Below are positions 43,944 through 57,897 of a stretch of DNA of 64,000 bases, piece by piece. The translations under genes and the position numbers were made by a program. Below the pieces are notes generated by a model. It saw only the letters and a list, made by a program, of their open reading frames with translations. It searched no databases and was not told the origin of the DNA. The DNA is from Octopus sinensis (taxonomy: Eukaryota): positions 78,244,001 to 78,308,000 of the forward strand of contig NC_043006.1 of assembly GCF_006345805.1 (NCBI RefSeq), given 5' to 3'. The first letter of the stretch is position 1. Each line of letters starts with the position of its first letter.

Positions 43944-45070
43944 TGTTTCTTTATTGATCACACAGCGCTGAACATAGAGGGAACATAATACAAATTAGAG
44001 CTTTTCTTTTGGGGGAAAAAACTAAAAGGGGAGTTTAGAAGATCGATCAAAGGGGATCGTGGAAAAAGGTCACAGAAATGTCATAATGTAAAAAAGGGGA
44101 AACAGATTAGGTTTATCCGTAGAAAGAAAAACCTACGGAAAAGACCAATAATGTCATGCAAAACAAAAAACATATTACAGTAAGTGACTCTTTTTTTTTC
44201 TTTTTTCGTTCATAGGATTATGCTTAAGGTCTCTCCGTCATTCACACGTGGCCATCCTTGCTACATTCACCCATCATATTTTTTTTTTTTTGAAACATTC
44301 ACTAGACAAAACTTCCCTCTCTACTCTACCTTACCCTTCAAATGATACTTGAAAAAGTTGATGAGAGATTAACCAGAGAGGAAAGTGCTTGTCTCTAGAC
44401 CTTTCAGACGCGCCCACCATGCACATTCTTTCGCCATAGCCACAAGTACGATGAAAATGGCTCTTCCTTCCCGTTTCAATGAAGGAGCCGCGACAATATT
44501 CACGATAGACTCGGTTGATAGACTGACTCGTCCCACATGCGATAGCAGTCGTTCGACATCGGCCCACAGGTTAGAAATGGTTGGACACTGTACGACCGCG
44601 TACAGAACGGTTTGGTCACTCAGACCGCATCTCGAGCAGGTCGGCCCCGTGTTTCTCGAGCCATGCCTGTAGAGCTTATCCCGAACGGGTAGCGCTTCTC
44701 GATACCAGTGCCAGGCCAGGGATCTCTAGAAGTTGTCCATAGGTCCCGGCCCGAAAGTCATCTTGAACAGGCGGGTCAGGTATTCCTCGTCGATGCCCAG
44801 GTTCACCCCGAGATAGTCGTCGTACCTCCCCTCCACTAACCCCCTATAGAATGCTTTGGTTGTGTTACAATCGCTGAAGATCGATCCGGGACGGCATAGT
44901 TGCTCGAGAGCAACGCGACACTCGTGGTGCCTTTCGCCCTTCCTCGGCCTCTTTTTGATCCACGACTGCAGTTCGGTCATGGGAATGAGCTGCGAGAAAG
45001 CGCGCCTCACAAACGGCGACCACACCTGTTCACCGTCGTCTACGTAACGCTGGAGATGTCGCAGTCTCAG
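43944..45070 (-). mobile_element. Tx1/L1-clade LINE copy 4 (diverged subfamily, 1.1 kb)
   Basis: Homologous ORF2 C-terminus (LRLRHLQRYVDDGEQVWSPFVR..) and a distinct 3'UTR ending AATAAAgaaaca. Confidence 0.9.
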
Positions 45071-45137
45071 AGATAGATATAGAAAGATAGATAGATAGAC
45101 AGACATACAGACAGACAGATAGATAGAGGGCTAGATG

Positions 45138-45205
<68 letters not shown>

Positions 45206-45212
45206 GATAGAG

Positions 45213-45272
<60 letters not shown>

Positions 45273-45307
45273 GATAGATAAATAGATAGATAGATAGATA
45301 GACAGAC

Positions 45308-45370
<63 letters not shown>

Positions 45371-45949
45371 GAGATAGATTCATTACATATATTCATTTAT
45401 TCTTTCATTTACTCGGCCTATTTTGAGGCCTGTGCTGCGGCAAAGCCCCCAAGGATTCTTAGTTCATCTTACACAATCCAGCACATATTTCAGTCTGGCA
45501 TTTATTTTATTTCTTATTCTTTCCATTGGTCATTCATTGACTAGCTATGTCCTCCCCGACGTTAATGCACGAAACTCTATCAACCTATGTTGAAAAAAGG
45601 ATCGAGAGTGTAATTGCTTATATTGATGTTCAATGAGTCAGAATATTATTTTTAAAAATAGTTAATTTAACATCATTCATGTCAATTAGGCTACTATTTA
45701 TCGCAGTTTCCATAGGTCCTATAATGGGAGGCTAATGTGACACAGTGTTAAAGCGCACGGCTCAAAGCATTTGTTGATGCTCCTTATTGACTGAGTGAAT
45801 TGAAGCAAGGTGAAAATGAAAGTAGGCTGGTTCGGAACACCAATGCATCGCCAACTCTAAGAATTGAACCCCCTGCCTAATGATCACAAGCCCAACAAAC
45901 AAAACCACAACTCAACATGATAGGAGTGAAATAGTATTAATAATGGTTT

Positions 45950-46335
45950 CAAATTTTGGCACAAGGCCAATGCCTCATGAATAATCCTTCGTGCACAGGG
46001 CCCGAAATTTTGAGGGGGAAGGAGTCAAACGATTACATCGACACTAGTCCGTAACTGGTACTTATTTCATCCAACGCGAAAGGACAAAAGGCAAAGTCGA
46101 TGTCGGCGGAATTTGAACTCAGATGAAATGATACCTATTTCTTTACTACACACAGAGGGGACAAAATAAGAGAGACAAACGGAGCAAGTCGATTACATCG
46201 ACACCAGTGCGTAACTGGTACTTAATTTATTGTCACCGAAAGGTTGAAAGGCAAAGTCGATATAGGCGGAATTTGAACTCAGAACGAAATGGCAGACGAA
46301 ATACGGCTACGCATTTCGCCCGGCGTGCTAACGAC
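45950..46335 (-). mobile_element. SINE family B (dimeric)
   Basis: Matches 52278-52860; two gagttcaaattccgccga units. Confidence 0.85.
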
Positions 46336-46619
46336 CCTGCCAACTCGCCGCCTTCAAAACGTCATTAATAATTTGAACAAATTAAATATGCGTTTGTGCT
46401 TAATTAATTTTGTACCAAGTACTTGACCATTTTTGCATGAGATAAAAGCAAATACCAGTGTATACAGTAAAATAGAATTTTTGGTATATTTAATATATCC
46501 TTAGCCTACAAAAGTTTGATTGACTAGAATTTACATTTCAAGTGGTGAGAACAATAATTATCTAAATGTTGAATTGTGGTCGAAAAGATAGGGAGTGCGA
46601 CAATGAAATGTCTTATCTT

Positions 46620-46890
46620 TTATCTTTTACTTGTTTCAGTCATTAGAGTGCGACCGTGCGGGAGTACAGCCTTGACAAAGCCCAGTACTCATTATTTTTC
46701 TTTTAAGCCCGGTACTTATTCAACCGCACTCTTTTTCTGAACCGCTAAGTTGAGGGGACGTAAACACCCCAACACCGGAAGAACCACAGATACAAAGGCA
46801 CACACACATATACACATATATAACCTGAAACCATATGGGTTGGAAACAAACTTATTACCATACATCTACGCCTTCACCTAATTTTTTTTA
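46620..46890 (-). mobile_element. SINE family A, diverged and internally deleted
   Basis: The 3' tail and gaaccgctaagt segment are recognisable. Confidence 0.65.
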
Positions 46891-47310
46891 ATTAACTAAA
46901 AATAATTAATATGTAATGGAGCGATGATTGACTGTGGTATTTCCCAGTCCTGGGATTATTCTCAGTGTGCTTCCATCTTATTAGTCCTCGTCAGGAAAGT
47001 ATAGTTTAATCGTAACTGTAGATCGTTGATGAAAGGTGGATAGTAAGATTTTATGAATGAAAACTAAATGTTGCTGTAACTCAAAAGAATGTTTGAAGTA
47101 ATTTACATATCACTTGATGAGGACCATAATTAGAAAATTAATTAATTTATAAAATTAGTTAAATATGTTTTGCACGAAGGAATTAATCTGACTTTTCGCA
47201 GTACTGGGACAACTCTGGGTGCATATCCTTCTTATTGGTCATCGTCTGTGGATCGTAACCGTTACAGCAAATTTTTGACGACTAGCCCGTGTCTGTAGAA
47301 GTTTTATGAT

Positions 47311-47955
47311 TTAACCCTTTAACATTTAAACCGACCATATCCGGCCCAGATGGTCTACCTGTTTTGTGTTCAAACTGGCCAGATCCAGTCTCTCTCACCT
47401 ACCCTACAATGTCATTCTAAAATTAAATGATTACATCTTCAAAATCTTGAAGCTACAAGATAATACTCTTTTACTCTTTTACTTGTTTCAGTCATTTGAC
47501 TGCGGCCATGCTGAAGCACCGCTTCTAATCGAGCAACCCGACCCCGGGACTTATTCTTTGTAATCCCAGTACTTATTCGTTCGGTCTTTTTTGCCGAACC
47601 GCTAAGTGACGGGGACATAAACACACCAGCATCGGTTGTCAAGCAATGTTAGGGAAAAAAAAACAGACACAAACATACACGCATACACACACATACATAT
47701 ATATATACATATATACGGTGGGCTTCTTTCGGTTTCCATCTACCAAATCCACTCACAAGGCTCTGGTCGGCCCGAGGCTATAGTAGAAGACACTTGCCCA
47801 AGGTACCAAGCAGTGAGACTGAACCCGGAACCATGTGGTTGGTAAGCAAGCTACTTACCACACAGCCACTACTGCACCCATACGTGGTTAATTTTTTAAA
47901 ATATGGATACATGAACATTACATTTGATAAATTAATCTGAATGCTAAAGGGTTAA
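47311..47955. mobile_element. piggyBac-like MITE with a nested SINE-A (about 47465-47880, minus)
   Basis: TTAA-ccctttaacatt ... aatgctaaaggg-TTAA ends; a full SINE-A lies inside. Confidence 0.75.
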
Positions 47956-48857
47956 GATTCAAAGATGTTATAACTTAAAAGAACGGCTGAATTATATACC
48001 CAAGGACCTAAGGGCTCTGTCTAGTGTTCGTGGGCAGAACGCCAGAGTAGTGTATACTCGTACTGAGTCAATAGCAGTTTGCCACTTAACGAATCTTCAG
48101 CCACACCTATTTCCTCTTCAACTTCATTTAAGCCTAACCTTAATACCTCTCACATGTCATGCGTATCATAGTTGAACACAGACCACCAACGTAACATTCA
48201 AAGTTCAAATGTGAGTAAAAGCATTACATTTTTGTAATATGTCTTCTCAGAAAACCACACTTTCGATATCATGAACAATGTTCTCACACACACACACCTC
48301 AGAAAATGCCAGTCATAGACGATCTATGATATTGAATACGGCGTATTGTATACTAAAGATCGGATATCAACGAATCATTTCTAGTTGTAATGTAAGAAAA
48401 TTGAAAGGCCTAAATGCCCGTATGGGGATACATTTGCTACACATATCTCTCTCCCCGCTCTTCCTTCCCATCTCCCTCTCTTTCTTTCTGTCTCTCTCCC
48501 AACATACACTCACACACACACACATAAATATATATATATATATATATATATATTAATAAATAAAATATATGCATATATATAAACATATATGTACGTACCT
48601 ACCTCTACATTATTTATACACGCATATATGAGTAAGGACACCAAAAAGACGTCGAACACAATGAGAAACGAAAACATAGACCAACGGCAAGGAACTGGGC
48701 ATTTTTTAAACAACAAAAACATAGAGTACAGAACAATTAACACAAGAAAAAGAAACTCCTTCTTCAGGCGCCTCATATATATATATAATAATATATATAT
48801 ATATAATATATAATATATATATAATATATATATATAAATATTAATGTATATATTATA

Positions 48858-49227
48858 TGGTTAGCCATGATAAGATGGCTTCTATACTTTACATTATCGA
48901 GCGATTACTGTTTCAATTCATTCTGAGATTTAATTATGATACTGTTAGTTTTTCGACATCAGTGGCAGACGCCATAGAAAAGGAGCCTTCTCTTTCATTG
49001 CTACCTGGTGGTTACCGCCCGTTGACGAGGGACAACAATCCCGAAACTAGTTCGAGCGTATCACTCAGGCTTGCGAGGATGGGATGGCCTCCTTTGCAAA
49101 TACTCAAGGACACAGATATTGTGTCTAAAGCCGCTAGAGACGAAGATCTCTTGGGGCATAAAGCTACAGTAACACCCCCTCCCCAATGTGGTTAGCCATG
49201 ATAGATGGCTTCTATACTTTACATTAT
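48858..49227 (+). mobile_element. 331-bp unit with about 40-bp terminal direct repeats carrying a hammerhead motif
   Basis: tggttagccatgata(a)gatggcttctatactttacattat at 48858 and 49189. Confidence 0.7.
49017..49057 (+). ncRNA. Minimal type I hammerhead ribozyme-like motif
   Basis: gcccg-TTGACGA-ggga caacaa tccc-GAAA-CTAG-TT-cgagc; C3 is replaced by U, helix III is palindromic (ACTAGT). Confidence 0.65.
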
Positions 49228-49280
49228 ATATAATATATATATATATATACATATAAATATATATATAGATACACACACAC

Positions 49281-49318
<38 letters not shown>

Positions 49319-49453
49319 TTATTATATATATAGATATATATATATACATACATATATATAGAGATAGATAGATATTTCTATGTGTACTATTTCGAATGGG
49401 GATGTCAATGATATGTGTGTTTGTGTGTGTGTGTATATATATTATATAGATAC

Positions 49454-49487
<34 letters not shown>

Positions 49488-49660
49488 ATACATATATGTG
49501 TGTGTGTATCATCATCATGAACTGTTAGTTCAAATGATGGTTTTCATATCATTATTCAGTCATCAGACTACCATGATTTAAAATGATTACGTCTGTACTG
49601 AAGGTGATATTTTAAGTTTAATTATTCAATTTTCATGTATCTTATTATAATAGAGTGGAG

Positions 49661-49760
49661 NNNNNNNNNNNNNNNNNNNNNNNNNNNNNNNNNNNNNNNN
49701 NNNNNNNNNNNNNNNNNNNNNNNNNNNNNNNNNNNNNNNNNNNNNNNNNNNNNNNNNNNN
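49661..49760. other. Assembly gap (100 N)
   Basis: Run of N. Confidence 1.
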
Positions 49761-50457
49761 CAGTGGCTTCACTGCAGGTGCTCTTGCTTGTAGGTCATGT
49801 TCAACTAAACGATGAGACACAGTTTTTCGAGATAAAGTTTTCTTCAATACAATGCTCACTTTCCGAGAAACAGCAGCAGCAGTTTTAAATCTGTCCTTTT
49901 TAACCAACTTTACCACAGCACGATCTTCTCTCTTGGTCGTTTTTCTTGGCCTACCTGTAAACTTTCTTGCTTCACACGTACCACAATCATCGTAGACCTT
50001 AAGAATACCGTGTACAACACTTTTTGACTTGTTAACAATCTTCGCAATAGATCCAATACTTAAATTATCCTTCCTTCGAAGCTTAATAATCTGCTGACGA
50101 ATTGGTAACGGAGTAAGTTGCATTATATTAACAAAGTACACTGCAAATATTCTTACTAATGTTTAGTAAACGAACCGTCACGTAAACAAATTCAAAACAT
50201 TAGAGTTCGCCGGTTAAATATGCTAAAACACGGAGTAAAAGCAACCGTTCTGATCCTTTTGGCCGCCATGGGTTTTGCAGTAAATCACTAAATCATCATT
50301 TTGTATTATCCTCTCAAATTACACCAAAATCTCAGGCAATAACAATTCATATCGTATTTATTGTCTGTGAAAATTATAGAATATAAAACAACTTTGATAA
50401 AAAATTATATCTACTTTTCTGACGAAAACAATGCCGTTCTGAACATTTTGGCCGCCA

Positions 50458-50460
<3 letters not shown>
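49761..50460 (-). mobile_element. Tc1-like transposon 5' part with an intact N-terminal transposase ORF, cut by the gap
   Basis: TA|cagtggcggccaaaatgttcagaacgg terminus; IRQQIIKL..IAKIVNKSKSVVHGILK..TGRPRKTTKREDR..SRKTVSHRLVEHDLQARAPAVKPL. Confidence 0.9.
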
Positions 50461-50509
<49 letters not shown>

Positions 50510-52277
50510 GACAGCATCTCTTCAATAGAGGCCATTAAAACGTTCGGGCAGATAGATGACACAAAGGCAGGTAAGAGAAACAACAATTAGAAGGACGGGC
50601 AAAAAAGACGGGTCTTTCTTGGCTTTCTTTCTTCAGTCAAGTACCAGAAGTCACTAACATTTCAGAGTGTTACACTTGAGTTGGCTGGATCTGGGTGTCC
50701 CCCAAAATGTTAAGCTAAGAGCAGTAGACCTCTTTGTAAGAAAGCTAGCAAATGTGTACAGCAACAAAGACAAAAAAAAAAAAACAAACAAACAAAACGG
50801 AGAACATGGTACAGAATTACGAACACTAACAACAAGAAATAACAACAGGCGTCTTTCAACTATATATATATATAAAAGAAAGTTTTATGATTATGCTTGC
50901 CTGTCCATTCGGAAAATATTTATTATCTAATATTCCATAAATCTTTCAACTCTTTTCTGTTGGAAATTCTAGTTCAAACATTTAAAAGAAATTGTTGATT
51001 TATGAGTTCAACTTTTGTATTTGGCTAAAGTCACCCATCCTTGCTATGACTTGCACATATGTAAAACAAGCGCCCATAAAACAGTTTTGTATAGAAAAGG
51101 TGCTAATCAGCCATACACATTTTTTTTTTTTAAATGCCTGCAATTTTCATTTAAACATAACGCTATATCTAAAAAGTATTGTCAAACAGCGTAAACGTAG
51201 AAGTGCGACTTTTACACTTTTTATATATCTCACAATCACTTGGATATCAAAAGTAACCTGCCAATTTACCCAAATGATCTAATACCTTTTACCCTGTGAA
51301 TTTCGCCCAGCACGCAAAAATGCTACACGTATCCACTCTTGAACCGAGAAAGAGAAACAATTTTGAATTATGCGTGCATAGAAAAAGAATAATAAGCAAG
51401 CAATCACATAAGGCGTCTTTCTCACTCTTTCCATGTACCGCCTATTTCCATTTCATTTATACTTCCCGTCTGATACATTCAATCAAACATTAAGCAGTAT
51501 TACTTCGTGTATTTGCATACCGTCAACTATAAATATTGGTGCAGACGGCTCTTAAAATATTCTAAATGAAGTTGGTTTGAAAACGTCATTGTTTTATTTA
51601 ATTGTTTCTTCCTTTAAGAAATCAACGTTTATAACTTCTGCTGCAGTCAAACATGCACTTAGAAAAACTATACATTGCACCTCATAGTGCCTCAAATAAA
51701 ACTTCCTTTATGTGTCCTTGTTATTTAATCCCAGGTCAGCCTCGATTGAGCTTACATTCCAGGCGTCTTGATCATGTTATCTTATTTTGTTACACAGATT
51801 GTTTTCCAGTGACATTATTCAATCTGCAATCTCTCCTTTTATTTGCACAAAAGGCATAGTTTCAGTGGTTTTTGGTTGCATTTTTGTAAATCGATAGGAT
51901 CTGCAGTAATTTTTAACGTTTCTATAATAAGCATAAAAGTAGATACGGGTTACCTCTCTTTCTCTATAGACTATTTTATGTACAGAATGGAACATTGTTT
52001 CATAAATGAGACATTCGGAACAGAATGTCACAATTAAGAATAGTACGCTATCGATACTGAGAAATGCAGGTGGTCATATAGATAGAATAAAAAAAATAGA
52101 AAATCTGGCCAACAGTCGCTAGCGAATGTGGCTTGCAATCATGTATCATACTTTTGCTAACTTGTATTAGGTACCTATTTTATTGTAGGGAACACAGAGT
52201 AATTGCTACCCTCCGTAAAGTTCATCTGGTAGAAAACCTAGTATGTGATAGCAGGTGAGAGAAAGGATGCTGCAGTA

Positions 52278-52860
52278 AAGCGGCGAGCTGGCAGAAACGT
52301 TAGCACGCCGGGCGAAATGCTTAGCGGTATTTCGGCTGCCGTTACGTTGTGAGTTCAATTTCCGCCGAGGTCGACTTTGCCTTTCATCCTTTCGGGGTCG
52401 ATAAATTAAGTACCAGTTAAGCACTGGGGTCGATATAATCGACTCAATACCTATGTCTGTCCATGTTTGTCCCCTCTGTGTTTAGCCCCTTGTGGGTAAT
52501 AAAGAAATAGGTATTTCTTCTGCCGCTACATTCTGAGTTCAAATTCCGCCGTGGTCGACTTTGCTTTTCATCCTTTCGGGGTCGATAAATTAAGTACCAG
52601 TTGCGTAATGGGGTCGATATAATCGACTTAATCCGTCTGTCTGTCCTTGTTTGTCCATTCTGTGTTTAGCCCCTTGTGGGTAGTAAAGAAATAGGTATTT
52701 CGCCTGTCGCTACGTTTTGAGTTCAAATTCCGCCGAGGTCGACTTTGCCTTTCATCCTTTCGGGGTCGATAAATTAAGTACCAGTTGCGTAATGAAGTCG
52801 ATCTAATCGACTGCCTCCCCTTCCCCCAAAATTTCGGGCCTTGTGCCTAGAGTATAAAAA
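52278..52860 (+). mobile_element. SINE family B, trimeric, with a 20-bp TSD
   Basis: A-box tggcagaaacgttag, three B-box-containing units; agagaaagga(t/c)gctgcagta at 52258-52277 and 52861-52880. Confidence 0.9.
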
Positions 52861-53086
52861 AGAGAAAGGACGCTGCAGTAGCACTCGACTGGTACTCATT
52901 ATAGTTGAGTAGCATGAAACGAAGAGTGTTACTTAAGGATACAATGCATCGCCCGATCCAGGAAATGAATGCCCGACCTTAGATTCATAAGCCAAATACC
53001 TCTAATCATGTGAGTATCGACCTGACTGTACTACACTTTATTGTCCCAACTATTTGACGTTTTGCGATTCTCAGTAACGATAACAT

Positions 53087-53590
53087 ATCCGAAAAGTACG
53101 TGCCGATTTATAGTAGCTTACCTTTCGACTTATTTAAGAACATGGTTGAGTCCATAAAGCACAGTTTAAGCTCTCTTTTCATGGAAGAAGATTTATGTTC
53201 CTATAACCCTTTAAAATGGAAGATAAGAAAGTTCATTTTCGGCACTTGATGCTTTGGAAACCAGACAAAAATTGCTGCAGCTCGGCTGGGATGTGATACT
53301 CCACCCTCCATATTCACCAGATATTGCTCCTTCGGATTTCCACTTATTCAGGTCTCTGCAGAATAGTCTTGATGGTAAAAATTTCAATTCCTTGGAAGAT
53401 ACCTTGATAAATTCTTTGCCATGGAACCAGCTCAATTCTGGGAAGAGGGTATTTTCAAGTCGAAGGAAAGATGGAGACGTATTGTGCAACAAAATGGTTC
53501 ATATTTGGTTGATTAAAAATGTAATGGCATGTATTTATTGACCTTTTTCTTACCTTTAAAAATCGTACGAACTGTCAGAACAACCCAATA
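53087..53590 (+). mobile_element. mariner element with a large internal deletion
   Basis: MEDKKVHFRHLMLW is joined directly to ETRQKLLQLGWDVILHPPYSPDIAPSDFHLF; 3' TIR ..cagaacaacccaata. Confidence 0.9.
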
Positions 53591-54435
53591 CTTAATATCT
53601 GTGATATTTTAATCCACAAAACTTGAGAACGTCTTCTTTTGAACACTCTAATCGACATTTCATAGGGTCACTTAAATTTTAATGACTCCAGCTAAAATAG
53701 TGTGGAATGTTTTGTAATTCTACCTGGGAACAGAACTATGGTATTTACAAGTAACGCAGAATAGTGCAGTCTCCATAGATAATGATCGAAGAGTTAAAGT
53801 GCTTGTTTTTTGTTCCATATTTTTCATGTATTTTATGCATCAATTATGATAAATGTATCTAAACTCGCTTTTTACCATAAGTTATCATAATATAATTTCG
53901 GGTTCATTTCCTAATAAATCTCGTTCACAAAACTCTTACTGTTTCATTCACATATATCTTCTAATTATTCTGTTAATTTTTAATCATGAAGCTTAGTCAC
54001 GGAGTGCAGGACAGGGTCAATTCTTTTCTGTTTTCTTCTTCTTTTTTTTTTACACTGTCTCCAGTACGAGGGTGAAGAAGAAACCATTTCTTCAAACTAG
54101 AGAGTTGGCGTGAAGGCTTAAAAAAAAATGAACTCTGCTAAACCCAGGCAAGGACCAAATCTCTTGAATTAAGTTTTTCCAATCAGGTTTGATCAAGGAC
54201 TGAACTAGAATAATAAGCCTAACTAATAGTATGGCTGCTGCTGCTGCTGCTTTTTGGGATTAGAGTAAAAAAGCAAACCATTTTATATTACAAAATGTAT
54301 TTATTAAACGTAGAATATACAATACAAGACATAAATACAAACACTGTTACGTGAATATCAGCTTTCACGAAGACATAAGAGGAATTATAATGTAATATTG
54401 TCATTGAAGAACTCAGTCAAAACAGGGTATATGCG

Positions 54436-54436
54436 T

Positions 54437-54473
<37 letters not shown>

Positions 54474-54661
54474 TATTGTGTTTGCGTGTGTATATATATA
54501 CTGTATATATGTTTGTATATGGGTATATATAGTATATATATATATATATATATAATATATAGAATAATATATATATATGTCTGTGTGTATATATATATGT
54601 ATATATATATATAATGTATGTATATGTTTATATATATATATAATATATATATAAATGTATG

Positions 54662-54707
<46 letters not shown>

Positions 54708-55068
54708 ATACATAAATATCCATACAATACATACATATCTTTGCATATTCATACATACATATTCAGAAGATTAGATATTATAATTTATAATTATATATAT
54801 ATATATATTATATATGGTCCATACATGTACGTAATACATATATATCCATACATATATATCGATAAATGCATATGCATATATACATGCATATACATATTTA
54901 TATCCATATATAACATATATACATGCATAGACTATATATATATATATACATATATATACATGCATAGACATATATATATATATATACATATATATACATG
55001 CATAGACATATATATATATACATATATATACATATATATATATACATAAGTATAAATATATATATATA

Positions 55069-55099
<31 letters not shown>

Positions 55100-55610
55100 T
55101 TATATACATATATATACACACATATACACATATATTATATATATATATATGCATACATATACATATTTATTCATGCATACACGGATACGTACATATATAT
55201 AAATTTGTACATATTTATATACACATATATATATATATATACATATACTTATACATACATATATATATATATTATATATAATATATATATATATATATAA
55301 TATATGCATATTATATATATTTATATATATATACATTATATAAACATATATACATATGTCTATACATACACATATATAGATACATGCATATACGTATATA
55401 TACAAGCATGTACATATATATATGCATGCATATACATACACGCATATACTTATATATGCATACACCTCTATACCTCTGCATATATATATACATAAACGCA
55501 TACACATATACATATATATATATATATATATACATACACATATACACATATACATACACACAAATACATATGTAAACACACAAACACACACACATTCATA
55601 CATAGATTCT
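54436..55610. repeat. About 1.2-kb compound (TA)n/(CA)n microsatellite
   Basis: Directly visible. Confidence 0.95.
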
Positions 55611-56846
55611 AAAGAATGAAAATCAAATTTCTATATACAAGTTGATTTATGTAGAAAATCATATTTGAGCTTAAACTGTACTTATTATCCTTTTATGTAT
55701 TTATTCAACTAGCATTTAATTTCATGCTTCATTGGAGTGAGGTTTACAATTAAACACGGGTACTTGCCATAGTACTAGGCGTCCTATATTCATGCTAGTA
55801 TACACCGTGTCAGCAAAATGTCAATACACTTCAAATTGTCTGCCCAATCTAAAAATATAACTCTCTCACACACACACACGCACGCACACAGACACACATT
55901 ATATGCACCCATATATACACACATATATACGTACATATACCCCCTCATACACTTAAGTCGTCTGAAGGAAACAGGTTTTTAAATCATGTCCAATCGCATC
56001 TAATTCTAAAGTATAGGTACGCAGTTTTTCTTACCTATTTCAGATATTTTTCCCATTTATACACACAGCCATCTATGTAATAACAATGTAATAACAATTC
56101 GTCTGTATTTATTACGTACCCAATGCTTTCTTTTCTTTTACTAATATGTACACACATAAGAGCGAATTGTAATTTCTAGTAGGACGAATATATAATGCTT
56201 GTGTTTAATTGGCAACAAAATAAAATAAAATATAATGACCGTCCCGAAATAAAATATTTTATTCTTAAGATATGTATGAGAAGTGTAGTCGTAATCTAAT
56301 TCCGTTTTTGTAGTAGTTTATTTGACCTATCTTGGAAAAATTAAACGGCATAATCAACGTTGGTGACGAGTTACATGCCGTATGTTTTGATAGTGTTAGT
56401 TTTATATTAATTCATATATTTTTTCTGTCATCAGCTTTCGAAACGATGTTCTAGTGTACATAGTTTGTTATTACCCTTCACCATTTTGTCAGTAGAAACG
56501 ATAGAACAACGCTTAAAATAAGACTGTATCACAAGAAAGCAAGAAAAGGACATTCAATAAGAGGCTAAGAGATAAGATGATTAATGTACTTTGAGGAAAT
56601 AGCAGTTATAACTTAAGTGTTGCATTCTAGAGGTAAAGCAAACAAAATGCTTTTGAGGAAAATGCGTTAAAACAAACAAAAACACATGTGTCTGAGTGTG
56701 TGTGTTTAAAAAGGATGAAGACAGGAAAAGCACTTACACAAAAAGATCCTTCGTCAGGGCTGTGTAAAAATTCTTTATTTTAAAGACGCATTTGTAATTG
56801 ATAATTTTTACGTTAAGAAAATAACTGTGTGCGTACTAGTGCGTGC

Positions 56847-56894
<48 letters not shown>

Positions 56895-57897
56895 TACGTG
56901 TGTGCGTATTTTGAGTCAATCTGTAGCAGCAGAAGTTAGAGAGTGACTCAAATCACTCTTTAGTTACTGCTGTTTATTATTATTATTATTATTATATTAT
57001 TATTGACATATATATTAATATATATATATATATATATAATAATATATATTATACATTATATATTGTATTATATTACACATACTGAGACGCGCAAACACTC
57101 ACACACGTTTGCGCGCGCACGCATCTCTTGGCTTTAACAATTATTTGGCTATCATGCGCAGATTTGCTCTTTTTGCGTTCATGAGAATTCATAATCTGTA
57201 AACAAGATTATAAATTCACTTAGAATGTCTAATGCAAATGTTGTACACATAAGAGAATATAAGAAAATATAAGAAAGGTGCATTACCATTTGTCCCACAT
57301 TTTTCTCACATTTTTAGCAACGTGTCTTTTTCATAATGCCTCATAATATTTGTATTTGTATTATTACATACTTGTTATTTTACATTCAGTTTCTCGGTAG
57401 AACAGAATCTGATCGTTCTTTACAAAACAGTAACTTAACACAAGTTTTTATTTTGCTCTCTGTGGTATATGCTTTGAAATTTCATTGAAGATATTATTAT
57501 AATTAGGATATATATTCATCAGTTTTCCGTATATTTACATACATATACAAATATATATATATGCATATACAAATATATATATGTACACTCACACATATAC
57601 GGAAATCTAGTTTTTTTTTAAATGTTTTGTTTTAATGCATTTCCGTCAGATCTTTAAGGTTGATTGTGTTTAATGAAAACGATTTGTTGTATTGATAGAC
57701 ATAATTAATTAAAGTAAACGTTATTGCTTTTTTGAAAACACCATGTTATATCCAAATTGTGATAAATCCGAAATGACGTTAAAAAAATAGTCGTACTTTT
57801 TGTCTTTACGATGATGTATCATCATCATCATCATCAATCATTGTTATTATTATTGTTATTATTATTATCATTATTATTATTATGATGATAATTATTA

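Noticed and set aside
49655-49888. ORF spanning the N run
   Set aside because: Artefact of translating across the assembly gap.
54300-54305. AATAAA (minus) as the poly(A) signal of a 3.6-kb 3'UTR containing the 1.2-kb TA repeat
   Set aside because: Several equally good hexamers lie closer to the stop codon; cannot choose without transcript data.
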